Shown here: positions 17,775 through 26,582 of the stretch, piece by piece
Numbering within the stretch: position 1 is the stretch's first letter
Layout of the letters: each line of letters begins with the position of its first letter
Assembly (NCBI GenBank): GCA_046759765.1
Contig: JBHICV010000004.1
Coordinates: 1 to 41,995 of the forward strand
Direction: 5' to 3'
Source: Acidimicrobiia bacterium
GTDB taxonomy: Bacteria; Actinomycetota; Acidimicrobiia; Spongiisociales; CAZKJJ01
DNA: 41,995 bases
Notes under the pieces: model-generated
The model's database searches: none
Seen by the model: the letters and a program-made list of their open reading frames with translations, nothing else
What the model was told of the DNA's origin: nothing
Made by a program: the position numbers and the translations under genes

Positions 17775-20700
17775 ATGGATCCTTCTAGCTTCGTCCATCT
17801 TCATACACACACCGAGTTCTCTCTACTGGACGGGGCGGCACGTGTCTCGGATCTAGTAGAAGCTGCCAAGGCTGACGACCAACCGGCCCTCGGCATAAGC
17901 GACCACGGGTCCCTCTACGGCGCGATCGACTTCTACGTCGAGGCGCGTCGGGCCGGTCTCCGGCCGATTATCGGAGTCGAGGCCTATCTCACTCCCGGAT
18001 CGCGCTTCGATCGGCCAACCCGAGGCGACAATATTCGCTACCACCTCACTCTCCTGGCGGAGAACGACATCGGATATCGCAACTTGGTTCAGTTGGTCAG
18101 CCGCGCCTACCAGGAGGGGTACTACTACAAGCCGCGGATGGACAACGAGCTGCTCTCGGAGTACTCCGAGGGGATCATCGCCACCTCCGGATGTCTCGGG
18201 GGTCCGGTCGCCCAGCGGCTGGCACCCGACGCCTCCCGGGAGGAGGGAAACCAGAACCTCGTCCGTGACTTCGACGCGGCTCTGGCGGCGGCAGGCCAGC
18301 TACAGGACATCTTCGGGCGCGACCAGTTCTTCATCGAGATTCAGAACCACGGCCTCGAGGTCGAGGAGAGAATCCTGCCGGACCTCAAGGCCATCTCAGA
18401 CAAGGTCGGGGCTCCGTTGCTGGCCACGAACGACTCGCACTACACGTACCGCACCGAGGCCGAGGCGCACGACGTGCTGCTCTGCATTCAGACCGGGACG
18501 ACCATCGACGACGGAGGGCGCCTTCGTTTCGAAGGCGACTCCTTCTACCTGAAGACGGCGGCGGAGATGCGCACGCTGTTCCCTGCCGACGAGTTCCCGG
18601 GCGCCTGCGACAACACTCTTCATGTCGCGGACCGGGCCTCGGTCGAACTCGAATTCGGAGGGATCCATCTACCCCAGTTCCCCGTCCCGGCCTCCGAGAC
18701 GGAGTCGACCTATCTCCGTCAGCTCGTCTATGAGGGAGCGGCCGCCCGGTATGGAGATCCTCTCCCGCCGGACGTTGACGAGCGGATCCGACACGAGCTC
18801 GAGATCATCGACGACATGGGCTTTCCCGCGTACTTCCTGATCGTGTGGGATCTGATTCGATACGCCCGGGAGCGGGGGATCCGCATCGGACCGGGTCGGG
18901 GAAGCGCCGCCGGCTCGATCGTCGCCTACAGCTTGCGAATCACGGATCTCGATCCGCTCCGTTGGGGTCTCATCTTCGAGCGGTTTCTGAACCCGGGAAG
19001 GCGTCAGATGCCTGACATCGATATGGACTTCGATGAGCGGTATCGATCCGATGTCATTCGGTACGCCGCCTCTAAGTACGGCTCCGACCACGTAGCTCAG
19101 ATCATCACCTTCTCGACAATCAAGGGTCGTCAAGCCGTGAGGGACGCGGCGCGGGTCCTCGGATTCCCGTACGGGTTGGGGGACCGCGTCGCCAAGATGA
19201 TGCCGCCGCCGATCCTGGGCAAAGAGGCGACACTTGCACAAAGCCTGACCGAGCCGTCATCGGAGGCGGATCCGATGGTCCGAGACTTCTACGCCAACGC
19301 CGCACCCCTCCGGGATTCGTATGAGGCAGACAAGGAAGTAAAGCGCGTAGTCGACACGGCCCGCGGGCTCGAGGGACTACGCCGGCAGGACTCGATCCAT
19401 GCCGCGGCCGTAGTGATCTCCCCCCGGCCTCTCGCGGAGCTGGTTCCTGTCCAGCAGAAGGGAGAAGAGGCGGAGATCGTCACCCAGTACGAGATGGGTG
19501 CGATTGAGCGGCTCGGCCTGCTCAAGATGGACTTTCTCGGGCTCAGGAACCTGTCGACGATCGAGCGGGCGCTCGAGCTGATCCGGAGATCCCAAGGCGA
19601 GGAAATCGACATCGACTCGGTTCCGCTCGACGATGCCAAGACCTTCGAGATGCTGCAGCGAGGAGAGACGATCGGCGTCTTCCAACTCGAGGGATCGGCC
19701 ATGCGCGCGCTTCTGCGCAACCTCCGTCCCGATCGCCTCGAGGAGATCATTGCCCTCAACGCCCTCTACCGGCCCGGTCCGCTGGGCGCCGGCATGCACA
19801 CGAAGTTCACGGACCGGAAATGGGCGAGGGAAGCGGTCGACTATCCGCATCCGGCGCTCGAGCCCGTGCTGGCGGAGACCTACGGGATCATGGTCTATCA
19901 GGAGCAGGTCATGCAGGTGGCCGAGATCATGGCCGGCTATTCGATGGCCGAGGCCGACACGCTCCGCAAAGCAATGGGCAAGAAGATCCCGGCAGTGATG
20001 ACAAAACAGAAGGAGAAGTTCGTCTCCGGAGGGATCGCCCAGGGCCATCCTGAGTCACTGGGTCGCGAGCTATTCGATCAGATCGCTCACTTCGCGGGCT
20101 ACGGATTCAACAAATCCCATTCGGCGGCGTACGGCCTCGTGGCCTACCAGACGGCTTACTTGAAAGCCAACTACCCGGCTCCCTACATGGCTGCGCTGCT
20201 GACCTCAACGAAGAGGGACAAAGACCGGATGGCTCTTTACCTCAACGAATGCAGGACGATGGGCCTGGCGGTTCTCGTTCCCGACGTCAACTCGTCCGAG
20301 ATGGACTTCACGGTGAGCGACGGGGCGATCCGTTTCGGGCTGTCGGCAGTGCGGAACGTCGGCGAGAGCATTGTCACACGGATACTGGAGGCGCGGACCG
20401 AGGGCGGTCCATTCGCCTCGTTCCAGGACTTTGAAGATCGGGTGGACCTATCGGTTCTGAACAAGCGGACGTTGGAGTCGCTGATCAAGGCCGGGACCTT
20501 CGACAGCCTGCGAGTAAGCAGAAGAGGTTTGATGCTCTCCTTCGAAGCCTCACTCGACGCGACTGTTACCAGGCGGAGGAACGAGGATATGGGTCAGTAC
20601 AGCCTGTTTGGCTCGTCCGATGACGGGATCGACCCCTACCAGGCGCCGATTCCAACCGAGGAGTGGCCGCGTAAGACACAGCTGGCTTTCGAGAAGGAGA

Positions 20701-21284
20701 TGCTCGGCTTGTACGTGTCCGACCATCCTCTTCTCGGGGTACGGCATCTATTGGAGGCCGCCACCACCGCCTCGATCTCTGCTCTCTGGGAGCTACCCGA
20801 CGGCTCGGCCGCCACTATCGGTGGCCTGGTAGGGCCTATCACCCGTCGGTTCACGCGGAACGGCGAGCCGATGCTCTTCTTCCAGCTCGAGGACCTCGAA
20901 GCCTCCATCGAGGTGGTGGCCTTTCCCCGGGTGGCGGGACAGTTTTCGGGCCTCGTTGCTTCGGATGCGGTGTTGTTGGTCGAGGGAAGGCTGGATCACC
21001 GGGGCGACGATCTCAAGTTCGTCGCGTCGCGGATCAGCGAGCCAGAGCTGACGGACGAGACTTCCGTCAAGCTCGAGATCCCCTCGCGGCTCATGTCCCC
21101 TTCGCTGATCGAGCGGCTGAAGGCAGTTCTCACTAACCACCCGGGACCATCGCCGGTCTATGTGCACATGACTTCGAGCGACGGTCACAAAGTGCTCAAG
21201 CTGTCAGACGAGCATCGCGTGGAGGCGCGGAGCGCGCTGTACGCCGAGCTCCGCGAGCTGTTGGGCTCGAAGGCGGTGCTCTGA
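17775..21284 (+). CDS. dnaE: DNA polymerase III subunit alpha
   Basis: PHP domain HLHTHTEFSLLDG, GPGRGSAAGS, MPDIDMDF, LKMDFLGL, GYGFNKSHSAAY, OB fold. No intein-sized insertion. Confidence 0.98.
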   Translation: MDPSSFVHLHTHTEFSLLDGAARVSDLVEAAKADDQPALGISDHGSLYGAIDFYVEARRAGLRPIIGVEAYLTPGSRFDRPTRGDNIRYHLTLLAENDIGYRNLVQLVSRAYQEGYYYKPRMDNELLSEYSEGIIATSGCLGGPVAQRLAPDASREEGNQNLVRDFDAALAAAGQLQDIFGRDQFFIEIQNHGLEVEERILPDLKAISDKVGAPLLATNDSHYTYRTEAEAHDVLLCIQTGTTIDDGGRLRFEGDSFYLKTAAEMRTLFPADEFPGACDNTLHVADRASVELEFGGIHLPQFPVPASETESTYLRQLVYEGAAARYGDPLPPDVDERIRHELEIIDDMGFPAYFLIVWDLIRYARERGIRIGPGRGSAAGSIVAYSLRITDLDPLRWGLIFERFLNPGRRQMPDIDMDFDERYRSDVIRYAASKYGSDHVAQIITFSTIKGRQAVRDAARVLGFPYGLGDRVAKMMPPPILGKEATLAQSLTEPSSEADPMVRDFYANAAPLRDSYEADKEVKRVVDTARGLEGLRRQDSIHAAAVVISPRPLAELVPVQQKGEEAEIVTQYEMGAIERLGLLKMDFLGLRNLSTIERALELIRRSQGEEIDIDSVPLDDAKTFEMLQRGETIGVFQLEGSAMRALLRNLRPDRLEEIIALNALYRPGPLGAGMHTKFTDRKWAREAVDYPHPALEPVLAETYGIMVYQEQVMQVAEIMAGYSMAEADTLRKAMGKKIPAVMTKQKEKFVSGGIAQGHPESLGRELFDQIAHFAGYGFNKSHSAAYGLVAYQTAYLKANYPAPYMAALLTSTKRDKDRMALYLNECRTMGLAVLVPDVNSSEMDFTVSDGAIRFGLSAVRNVGESIVTRILEARTEGGPFASFQDFEDRVDLSVLNKRTLESLIKAGTFDSLRVSRRGLMLSFEASLDATVTRRRNEDMGQYSLFGSSDDGIDPYQAPIPTEEWPRKTQLAFEKEMLGLYVSDHPLLGVRHLLEAATTASISALWELPDGSAATIGGLVGPITRRFTRNGEPMLFFQLEDLEASIEVVAFPRVAGQFSGLVASDAVLLVEGRLDHRGDDLKFVASRISEPELTDETSVKLEIPSRLMSPSLIERLKAVLTNHPGPSPVYVHMTSSDGHKVLKLSDEHRVEARSALYAELRELLGSKAVL

Positions 21285-21291
21285 AGCGCAG

Positions 21292-22347
21292 CTATTGAAG
21301 CCGTAAGGCTTCCAGTAGCTCCTTGGTCGCCAGCTCCACCAGATCGTCGCTCGTCTCGGGGGGCCGCGACATCCACGGAACCTCGACGACCTCAGTGCGA
21401 TAACGGGCGCCAAACTCCTGGCGCGTCTCGGCCTGCCGGTGGCTCTCTCCTCCCCATCGAGCCAGATTTTCCGCCAGGCGAGCTGCCGTGGCACCCGCGG
21501 ACGGGGGACGGTGAACGGACGGCTCCTGCCATTCGAACGGAAGCGTACGGTTGAACACAACCGCCGACGGCCGGGCAGCTACCTCGGGAAGCTCCCGAAA
21601 GAAGCGGGCGGCTTCTCGCACGGGGCCCGGATCGGCAGTGGTTACGACGGCGATCGAGGCCGTCTGGAAGTAGCGCTCGATCTCCCGGGCTCGTCTCGTC
21701 AGTCCGTCATAAGTGGTGCGTAGATCGAGGAGGAACTCTGCGATCCGGGCCAGCAGGTCCGTGCCGAGCACCGCGTCGGCGACTCGCAGCACGGGGCGTC
21801 CAGCCAGCACGTAGAAGGTCTTTCGTCCGGGTATCCGAGCGCCCGTCAGCCAGCGTAGAAGCCTTCCCCCGATCAGGTCCCGGATATCGGAGGGAGCCGT
21901 GAAGAATTCGATTCCTCCCCTGGCCGGCGGAGTATCGGTGACGACCACCTCCCAAACGTTCGCTTCCAGGTAGTTGGCCATCTCCTCGGCGGCGGCGTAG
22001 GACTGGGAGGCGGGAAAGCGGTCCGCGATGGCCCGAAAGAACTCGTTCTCTGTGAGACGCTCCGCCACGTCGGGGGGTGCATGCCGCTCGACTATCCGCT
22101 CCCACGACGCCGTGGCGTCCAGCATCGCGGCCCAGAGGTTGGGCTCGCGGGGATTAGGGGTGGGATCGTGTCCGAGCTGGTCCAAGCCGAGGGCGTCGGC
22201 GAGCCGCTTGGCCGGATCGACAGTGACCACGAGGGTCGGCAGCCCGCGACGGGCCGCCGCGATGCCGATGGCGGCCGAGAGGGTGGTCTTGCCCACCCCT
22301 CCCGCGCCGGTGATCACAACGTTTCGAGGCTTCAGGTTTCCTCCCAC
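21292..22347 (-). CDS. ArsA/Get3-family ATPase (Rv3680/BagB-like subunit)
   Basis: GAGGVGKTT, TVDPAKRLADALG, DTPP, VVFNR. GTG 22347 overlaps the upstream paralog. Confidence 0.88.
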   Translation of the reverse strand: MGGNLKPRNVVITGAGGVGKTTLSAAIGIAAARRGLPTLVVTVDPAKRLADALGLDQLGHDPTPNPREPNLWAAMLDATASWERIVERHAPPDVAERLTENEFFRAIADRFPASQSYAAAEEMANYLEANVWEVVVTDTPPARGGIEFFTAPSDIRDLIGGRLLRWLTGARIPGRKTFYVLAGRPVLRVADAVLGTDLLARIAEFLLDLRTTYDGLTRRAREIERYFQTASIAVVTTADPGPVREAARFFRELPEVAARPSAVVFNRTLPFEWQEPSVHRPPSAGATAARLAENLARWGGESHRQAETRQEFGARYRTEVVEVPWMSRPPETSDDLVELATKELLEALRLQ

Positions 22348-23183
22348 GCATCCGATAGGCGAGCCGCCACCTCGGCGGGCGTGAGGAGCCCAAAGAGGTA
22401 GGGGAGGGTTCGGTCCGGCTCCAACTCTGCCAGCCACCGCTGCTGCGTCTCATACAGGGAGGCGTGCAGCTCTGCGGCGTCCCGGTGTGGTCCGTCGGGT
22501 AGTTGGTCTCGCGTCTCGCCCGGAATTCCGAGCGGCTCGAGGACTCTGTTGGCAGCCACGGAGACGACATCGATGAGGTTCTGCTCGCGTATCTGGTGGA
22601 GCGCTTCCAGGGACTCTCGGACCGGGAGCTCCTCCGGTACCGCGACCATTACCAGGCCGGCCTCCCTAAGGAGGACTTCGGATATCCAGCGGGCCTGATC
22701 ACGCACTCGGCCCTCTGGAACCAGACTTCCCACCGCATTCGGTGCCGCCAGATAAGAAGCGATCTGGCCGGTCGGCGGCGAGTCCGCGATGACAAGATCC
22801 CAATTGCCACTCGAGACTTCGAACACAGGCTTTCCGATCGCGATGATCTCTCGAACCCCGGGTGTGGTCGCGGCCAGCACCTCGAAGGAGCGTCTCAGTG
22901 GACCGAACCTGGTTACTCGGGGCACATGCAGCTGAAGCCCGAGGTACTCGTCGAGCGCCGACGCGAGGTCGACGCGAAGGCCATGAAGTCCCGGCCTGAG
23001 CTCCCGGGCCTCATAAGTGAGCTGCTGGGAGCCGAGGTGGTAGGCGATGCCCACGTCGTCCATCATGCCGAGGGCGAGAACCCGGAGGCCGGCTCGGACC
23101 GCGGTCTGGGCCAGAGCCGCAGACACGGCCGACCTGCCTACCCCTCCTTTGCCGGTGACGAGGAGGAGCTTGCGGTCGAACAC
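22332..23183 (-). CDS. ArsA/Get3-family ATPase (Rv3679/BagA-like subunit)
   Basis: LLLVTGKGGVGRS, PGVREIIAIGK, DSPPTG, PEELPVRE, ANRV. GTG 23183 is preceded by TACGCT-N6; alternative TTG start at 23207. Confidence 0.85.
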   Translation of the reverse strand: MFDRKLLLVTGKGGVGRSAVSAALAQTAVRAGLRVLALGMMDDVGIAYHLGSQQLTYEARELRPGLHGLRVDLASALDEYLGLQLHVPRVTRFGPLRRSFEVLAATTPGVREIIAIGKPVFEVSSGNWDLVIADSPPTGQIASYLAAPNAVGSLVPEGRVRDQARWISEVLLREAGLVMVAVPEELPVRESLEALHQIREQNLIDVVSVAANRVLEPLGIPGETRDQLPDGPHRDAAELHASLYETQQRWLAELEPDRTLPYLFGLLTPAEVAARLSDAWEET

Positions 23184-23223
23184 CGGGGCAGCGTACCGGA
23201 GGTCCAAACGATATCCTCCGGTA

Positions 23224-23436
23224 ATGGCATCCTTCGACGTCGATGCGATGATCGAGCGCTATCGGGCGAGAGCGGAGGCCGTGCGCGACCGGCCGCTACC
23301 GCCGGTCGCAGGAGCCGAGCGTCGGAAGTTCATCGAGCAAGCCGAGGTCGATCACGTCGACTTTTCGCTAGTAGCTAGCGCTCGGTGGGTGGTCGAGGAC
23401 GGAGACCTGGTTCTGCGCATCCCGCTGAGTGGATAG
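23224..23436 (+). CDS. Small hypothetical protein (70 aa)
   Basis: MASFDVDAMIERYRARAEAVRDRPLPPVAGAERRKFIEQ...LVLRIPLSG fills the gap between the ATPase pair and thyX; TATCCT-N6-ATG start signature. Confidence 0.8.
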   Translation: MASFDVDAMIERYRARAEAVRDRPLPPVAGAERRKFIEQAEVDHVDFSLVASARWVVEDGDLVLRIPLSG

Positions 23437-23443
23437 CTGACAG

Positions 23444-25063
23444 CTAAATGGACGCTCGCTTGGTCTCAGCTTTCCTTTCGCCCTCCAGCCGTTCGAGCTC
23501 TGGAGCCGAGTAATCGACGTAGCTCATGGCTTCCGCGATGAGCTGGTGCCCTGCCTCGCCCCGGATGAGCCGATGCATGTCGTGGCAGATCTTCCGGTAA
23601 GCGGGGTGGCCCGCAGGTTGGGATCTCAGCTCGATCAGGTGGAAGGCCTGTCTGGCGTTCAGCTCCATCACGAATCGAATGTTGTAGGCCAGCGGCACGA
23701 CGTAGGAAGCTACGTCGGGTCCCAGCGCTGACCGGGTCCGTTCGTAGAGCTCGCCCCCACGTTCCATCGCCTCGTGCCACCGGCCTGCGAGTCCTCGTCG
23801 CTCGATCTCGGCTGGGGTGTCGTAGCCGAGCCGGGTGCCTAGTCGTTGCCATTCGATCGTCATCATTCGATGCCGTTGCAGGTCGCGAAAGGCGCCGTAG
23901 TCGCACAGCACGTCGAATCGGTAGAAACTGCGTTCCATGGCACGTCCGGGCTTGTGTCGCCGATTGGCGCGGTCTCCGACGAACGCAGCCAGCACCTGGA
24001 CCTGCTCTTCGCGACTGAGCTGGCGGGCCAATTCCAAGAGCTGGTCGTCGGGAAGCTCCGTCCGGGCGTACAACGCAGCCGCCACCAGCTTGATCTCAGC
24101 TTCGGGGTCGAAGTCGACAAGTGTCACTGCAGGTCTGGGCTTCGGCTCGTCGGACACGAGCTCGTCGACTGTCGCGGCGAGACGGCTCTCCACGTCAGCC
24201 AGATAGCCGCTCCACCGGTCCCCGCGGTCGGGGAGATCGACACGCCGCAGAAACGAAGGGATCACCTTGCGGAGCTCGGTGAGCATGAGATCCGAGTATT
24301 CCGTCACTTCGCGCAGGGGATGGGCCCTCATGCGGACAAGTGCCATCTCGTAGGCCTGTCCGGTGGCATAGATGCCGACGTTGGCTAGCGTCGAAGCGGG
24401 AAGCAGGCCTCTAAGAACGTCGCAAGCCTTGGCGCGGATCGAGGCCCGCCACACCCATTTGGGATCGTCATCGTGCCGCGGGAACTCCTCGGAGAGGTCC
24501 GCAATCAAAGAAGCCAGCAGCTCGGAGTAGAGGGCGAAGAGGTACTCCATGTAGGCGGAGTAGTCCCCTCGGAGTTCCGACTCGGCGATCTCCGCGGGGT
24601 TGAAGTAGCGGTAGCGACCGCCCAGGAGGTCGTCGTAGGCGACATAGCGGGTGCTCTGCTCGAGGTAGCCGGCGAGCCGGCCCCACTCCAGCACTTTGGA
24701 GAGGATGTTCGACGCCTGCTCGCATGCCAGGTGGGCGCCTCCCATCTGGGCAACCGAGTCATCGCCGTACTCGAAGAAGACCCGGTCGTAGAGCTGCTCG
24801 GCACGCTTAAGCGAGACGAGAGGATCATGTTCGGACAGCCTGGAAGCCAGCGCCTGTATTCCGACCTCGGGCTCGGCAAGGAACTCGTCGAGGAACAGCC
24901 TCCGCGCCGACTTGTGAGAGCGTGAGTACCTCGCGAAGAGGGCACCCTTGACGACCTCGGGCAGGTTGACGAGCGCGAATACCGGACCGTCGACGTTGGT
25001 GAAGAACCGGGACAGCAGGCTCCGTTCCTCGTCGGTGAACGGCTCCTGGTAGTACTCCGCCAC
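23444..25063 (-). CDS. thyX: FAD-dependent thymidylate synthase, tandem double-domain form
   Basis: N-half YLEQSTRY...DVLRGLLPAST; C-half FRDLQRHR...YVVPLAYNIRFVMELNARQAFHLIELRS. At 539 aa it is about twice a standard ThyX. Confidence 0.9.
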   Translation of the reverse strand: MAEYYQEPFTDEERSLLSRFFTNVDGPVFALVNLPEVVKGALFARYSRSHKSARRLFLDEFLAEPEVGIQALASRLSEHDPLVSLKRAEQLYDRVFFEYGDDSVAQMGGAHLACEQASNILSKVLEWGRLAGYLEQSTRYVAYDDLLGGRYRYFNPAEIAESELRGDYSAYMEYLFALYSELLASLIADLSEEFPRHDDDPKWVWRASIRAKACDVLRGLLPASTLANVGIYATGQAYEMALVRMRAHPLREVTEYSDLMLTELRKVIPSFLRRVDLPDRGDRWSGYLADVESRLAATVDELVSDEPKPRPAVTLVDFDPEAEIKLVAAALYARTELPDDQLLELARQLSREEQVQVLAAFVGDRANRRHKPGRAMERSFYRFDVLCDYGAFRDLQRHRMMTIEWQRLGTRLGYDTPAEIERRGLAGRWHEAMERGGELYERTRSALGPDVASYVVPLAYNIRFVMELNARQAFHLIELRSQPAGHPAYRKICHDMHRLIRGEAGHQLIAEAMSYVDYSAPELERLEGERKAETKRASI

Positions 25064-25114
25064 AGCGATCGATTGTACCGAGCGGGGAACGGACCCCCGG
25101 TAACCTCACGTTGT

Positions 25115-25411
25115 GTGAGCGTGAAGTGGGTGCGAGCGGTAGTCGCCCTGTTGATTATTGGCGCGGTGGCGCTGGCCGCGGTTCCAATGCTCGTCCTTTT
25201 AGACCTCGCCTCGGGGAGCGATGGCTACGGCCTCTGCCCACGGGGACTCGACGGCTGTCGCACCGCGTACACGGCCGCGCCGGAGCTGGCCGTGATCCTC
25301 GTGCTCCTGCTGTTTGCCGTGCTCGCCTTGCTCAGAATCGCGATGGCTGCCGCCCGCCGTGCTGAGCGCAAGGAGCGAATCGGCCAGTTGAGCCGGGATC
25401 GCAGGCGGTAG
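25115..25411 (+). CDS. Small two-TM hypothetical membrane protein
   Basis: Two hydrophobic helices around a GYGLCPRGLDGC loop and an Arg-rich tail. GTG at 25115 or 25121 follows TAACCT at 25101-25106. Confidence 0.72.
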   Translation: MSVKWVRAVVALLIIGAVALAAVPMLVLLDLASGSDGYGLCPRGLDGCRTAYTAAPELAVILVLLLFAVLALLRIAMAAARRAERKERIGQLSRDRRR

Positions 25412-25421
25412 TGGCGCGGCG

Positions 25422-25871
25422 CTAATCGAACAGCTCGTCGATCTCCTCGGTCACTAGTAGCAAACCGGTTGCTTCCGCAGTCGTAGCGCCCTGGGCAATG
25501 ATCTCGCCCGAGGCCACCAGGCGACGCCCGCGCCGTTCTTCGATTCGGCTGCGGACGTCCAACCGTTCTGAGACGCTTAAGGGACTCCGAAACTTCAGGT
25601 CGAGCGTGGCTGTGACGCTCATGACCCTCTCGGTCAAAATGCCGGCCCAAACCAGCATCTCGTCGAGGGCAGTGGCGGCGATGCCGCCGTGGAGCGTCTC
25701 CGGCGTGCCCCGATAGTGCGCCCGTGGTTCGAAGGACGCCACGATGTCTCCGTCGGACATCCGGAACTGGTCGAGATGGAGTCCTACGGGATTGGCGCGT
25801 CCGCATGCAAAGCAGGCGTCGTCGTAGTGCGACCGGAGCCGGTCTACCAGCTCCTCAATGTTTGACCTCAG
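25422..25871 (-). CDS. PaaI family hot-dog thioesterase (start uncertain, probably CTG)
   Basis: CFACGRANPVGLHL, HGGIAATALDEM, VTATLDLKFRSP, ERRGRRL; GGAGGGAGGAG precedes CTG 25871. Confidence 0.85.
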   Translation of the reverse strand: MRSNIEELVDRLRSHYDDACFACGRANPVGLHLDQFRMSDGDIVASFEPRAHYRGTPETLHGGIAATALDEMLVWAGILTERVMSVTATLDLKFRSPLSVSERLDVRSRIEERRGRRLVASGEIIAQGATTAEATGLLLVTEEIDELFD

Positions 25872-25898
25872 AGCTCCTCCCTCCGATACGGTACCGCC

Positions 25899-26582
25899 AT
25901 GGGTCGAGGCGAGCGGCGCGCAGACGGATCGATTCCGAGCGCGGCCGCGCGAGGACGAGCCCGGCGCTTCGTGAACCGGTTGGAGAACGCCTATCCCGAG
26001 ATCTCCACCGTTCTCGAGCACCGTGACTCATGGCAGCTGCTAGTCGCCACGGTCATCTCTGCCCAGACGACCGACGAGAACGTGAATCGGGTGCTTCCCG
26101 AGCTGTTTGCTCGCTATCCGTCTCCATCCGACCTGGCGTCGGCCAGCGAGGATGACGTCGAGCGCATCATCTACTCGACGGGCTTCTACCGGCAGAAGAC
26201 CCGGTCGATAGTCGGCCTGTCCGCAGCAATCATGGATCGGTTCGGCGGCCAGGTGCCCGACGAGACCGACGACCTGGTCTCACTGCCCGGAGTCGGACGC
26301 AAGACCGCCAATGTCGTGCTGGCAGAGGCTTTCGGTCGGGCGGCCATTGCCGTAGACACGCACGTGAGAAGGGTTGTCCAGCGCTGGGAGCTTACGAAGG
26401 AGACAGACCCTGATCGAATCGAGCAGGATCTCCGAGGGCTGATCCCCAAGCGCTCGTGGAACAAGCTGACCATGCGCCTGATCCAGCACGGACGCGACAC
26501 CTGTGACGCCCGTCGTCCCCGATGTTGGGACTGCTTTGTCTCGGACCTCTGTCCCTACCCGGACAAGAACTTGACCCCATGA
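25899..26582 (+). CDS. nth: Endonuclease III
   Basis: LLVATVISAQTTD, HhH motif LPGVGRKTANVVL, VDTHV, [4Fe-4S] motif CDARRPRCWDCFVSDLC. Confidence 0.96.
   Translation: MGRGERRADGSIPSAAARGRARRFVNRLENAYPEISTVLEHRDSWQLLVATVISAQTTDENVNRVLPELFARYPSPSDLASASEDDVERIIYSTGFYRQKTRSIVGLSAAIMDRFGGQVPDETDDLVSLPGVGRKTANVVLAEAFGRAAIAVDTHVRRVVQRWELTKETDPDRIEQDLRGLIPKRSWNKLTMRLIQHGRDTCDARRPRCWDCFVSDLCPYPDKNLTP

Noticed and set aside
17760..17775. CCAAACGTGTGATTCA before dnaE resembling an actinobacterial LexA box
   Set aside because: Several mismatches to TCGAAC-N4-GTTCGA, and this looks like the replicative DnaE1 rather than SOS-induced DnaE2.
17775..21284. Intein or split in dnaE
   Set aside because: Length of 1169 aa is normal and there are no intein splice motifs; only short lineage-type insertions.
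21292..23207. Arsenic resistance operon
   Set aside because: No arsB/acr3/arsC/arsR/arsD nearby and the proteins lack the metalloid-binding cysteine set of true ArsA.
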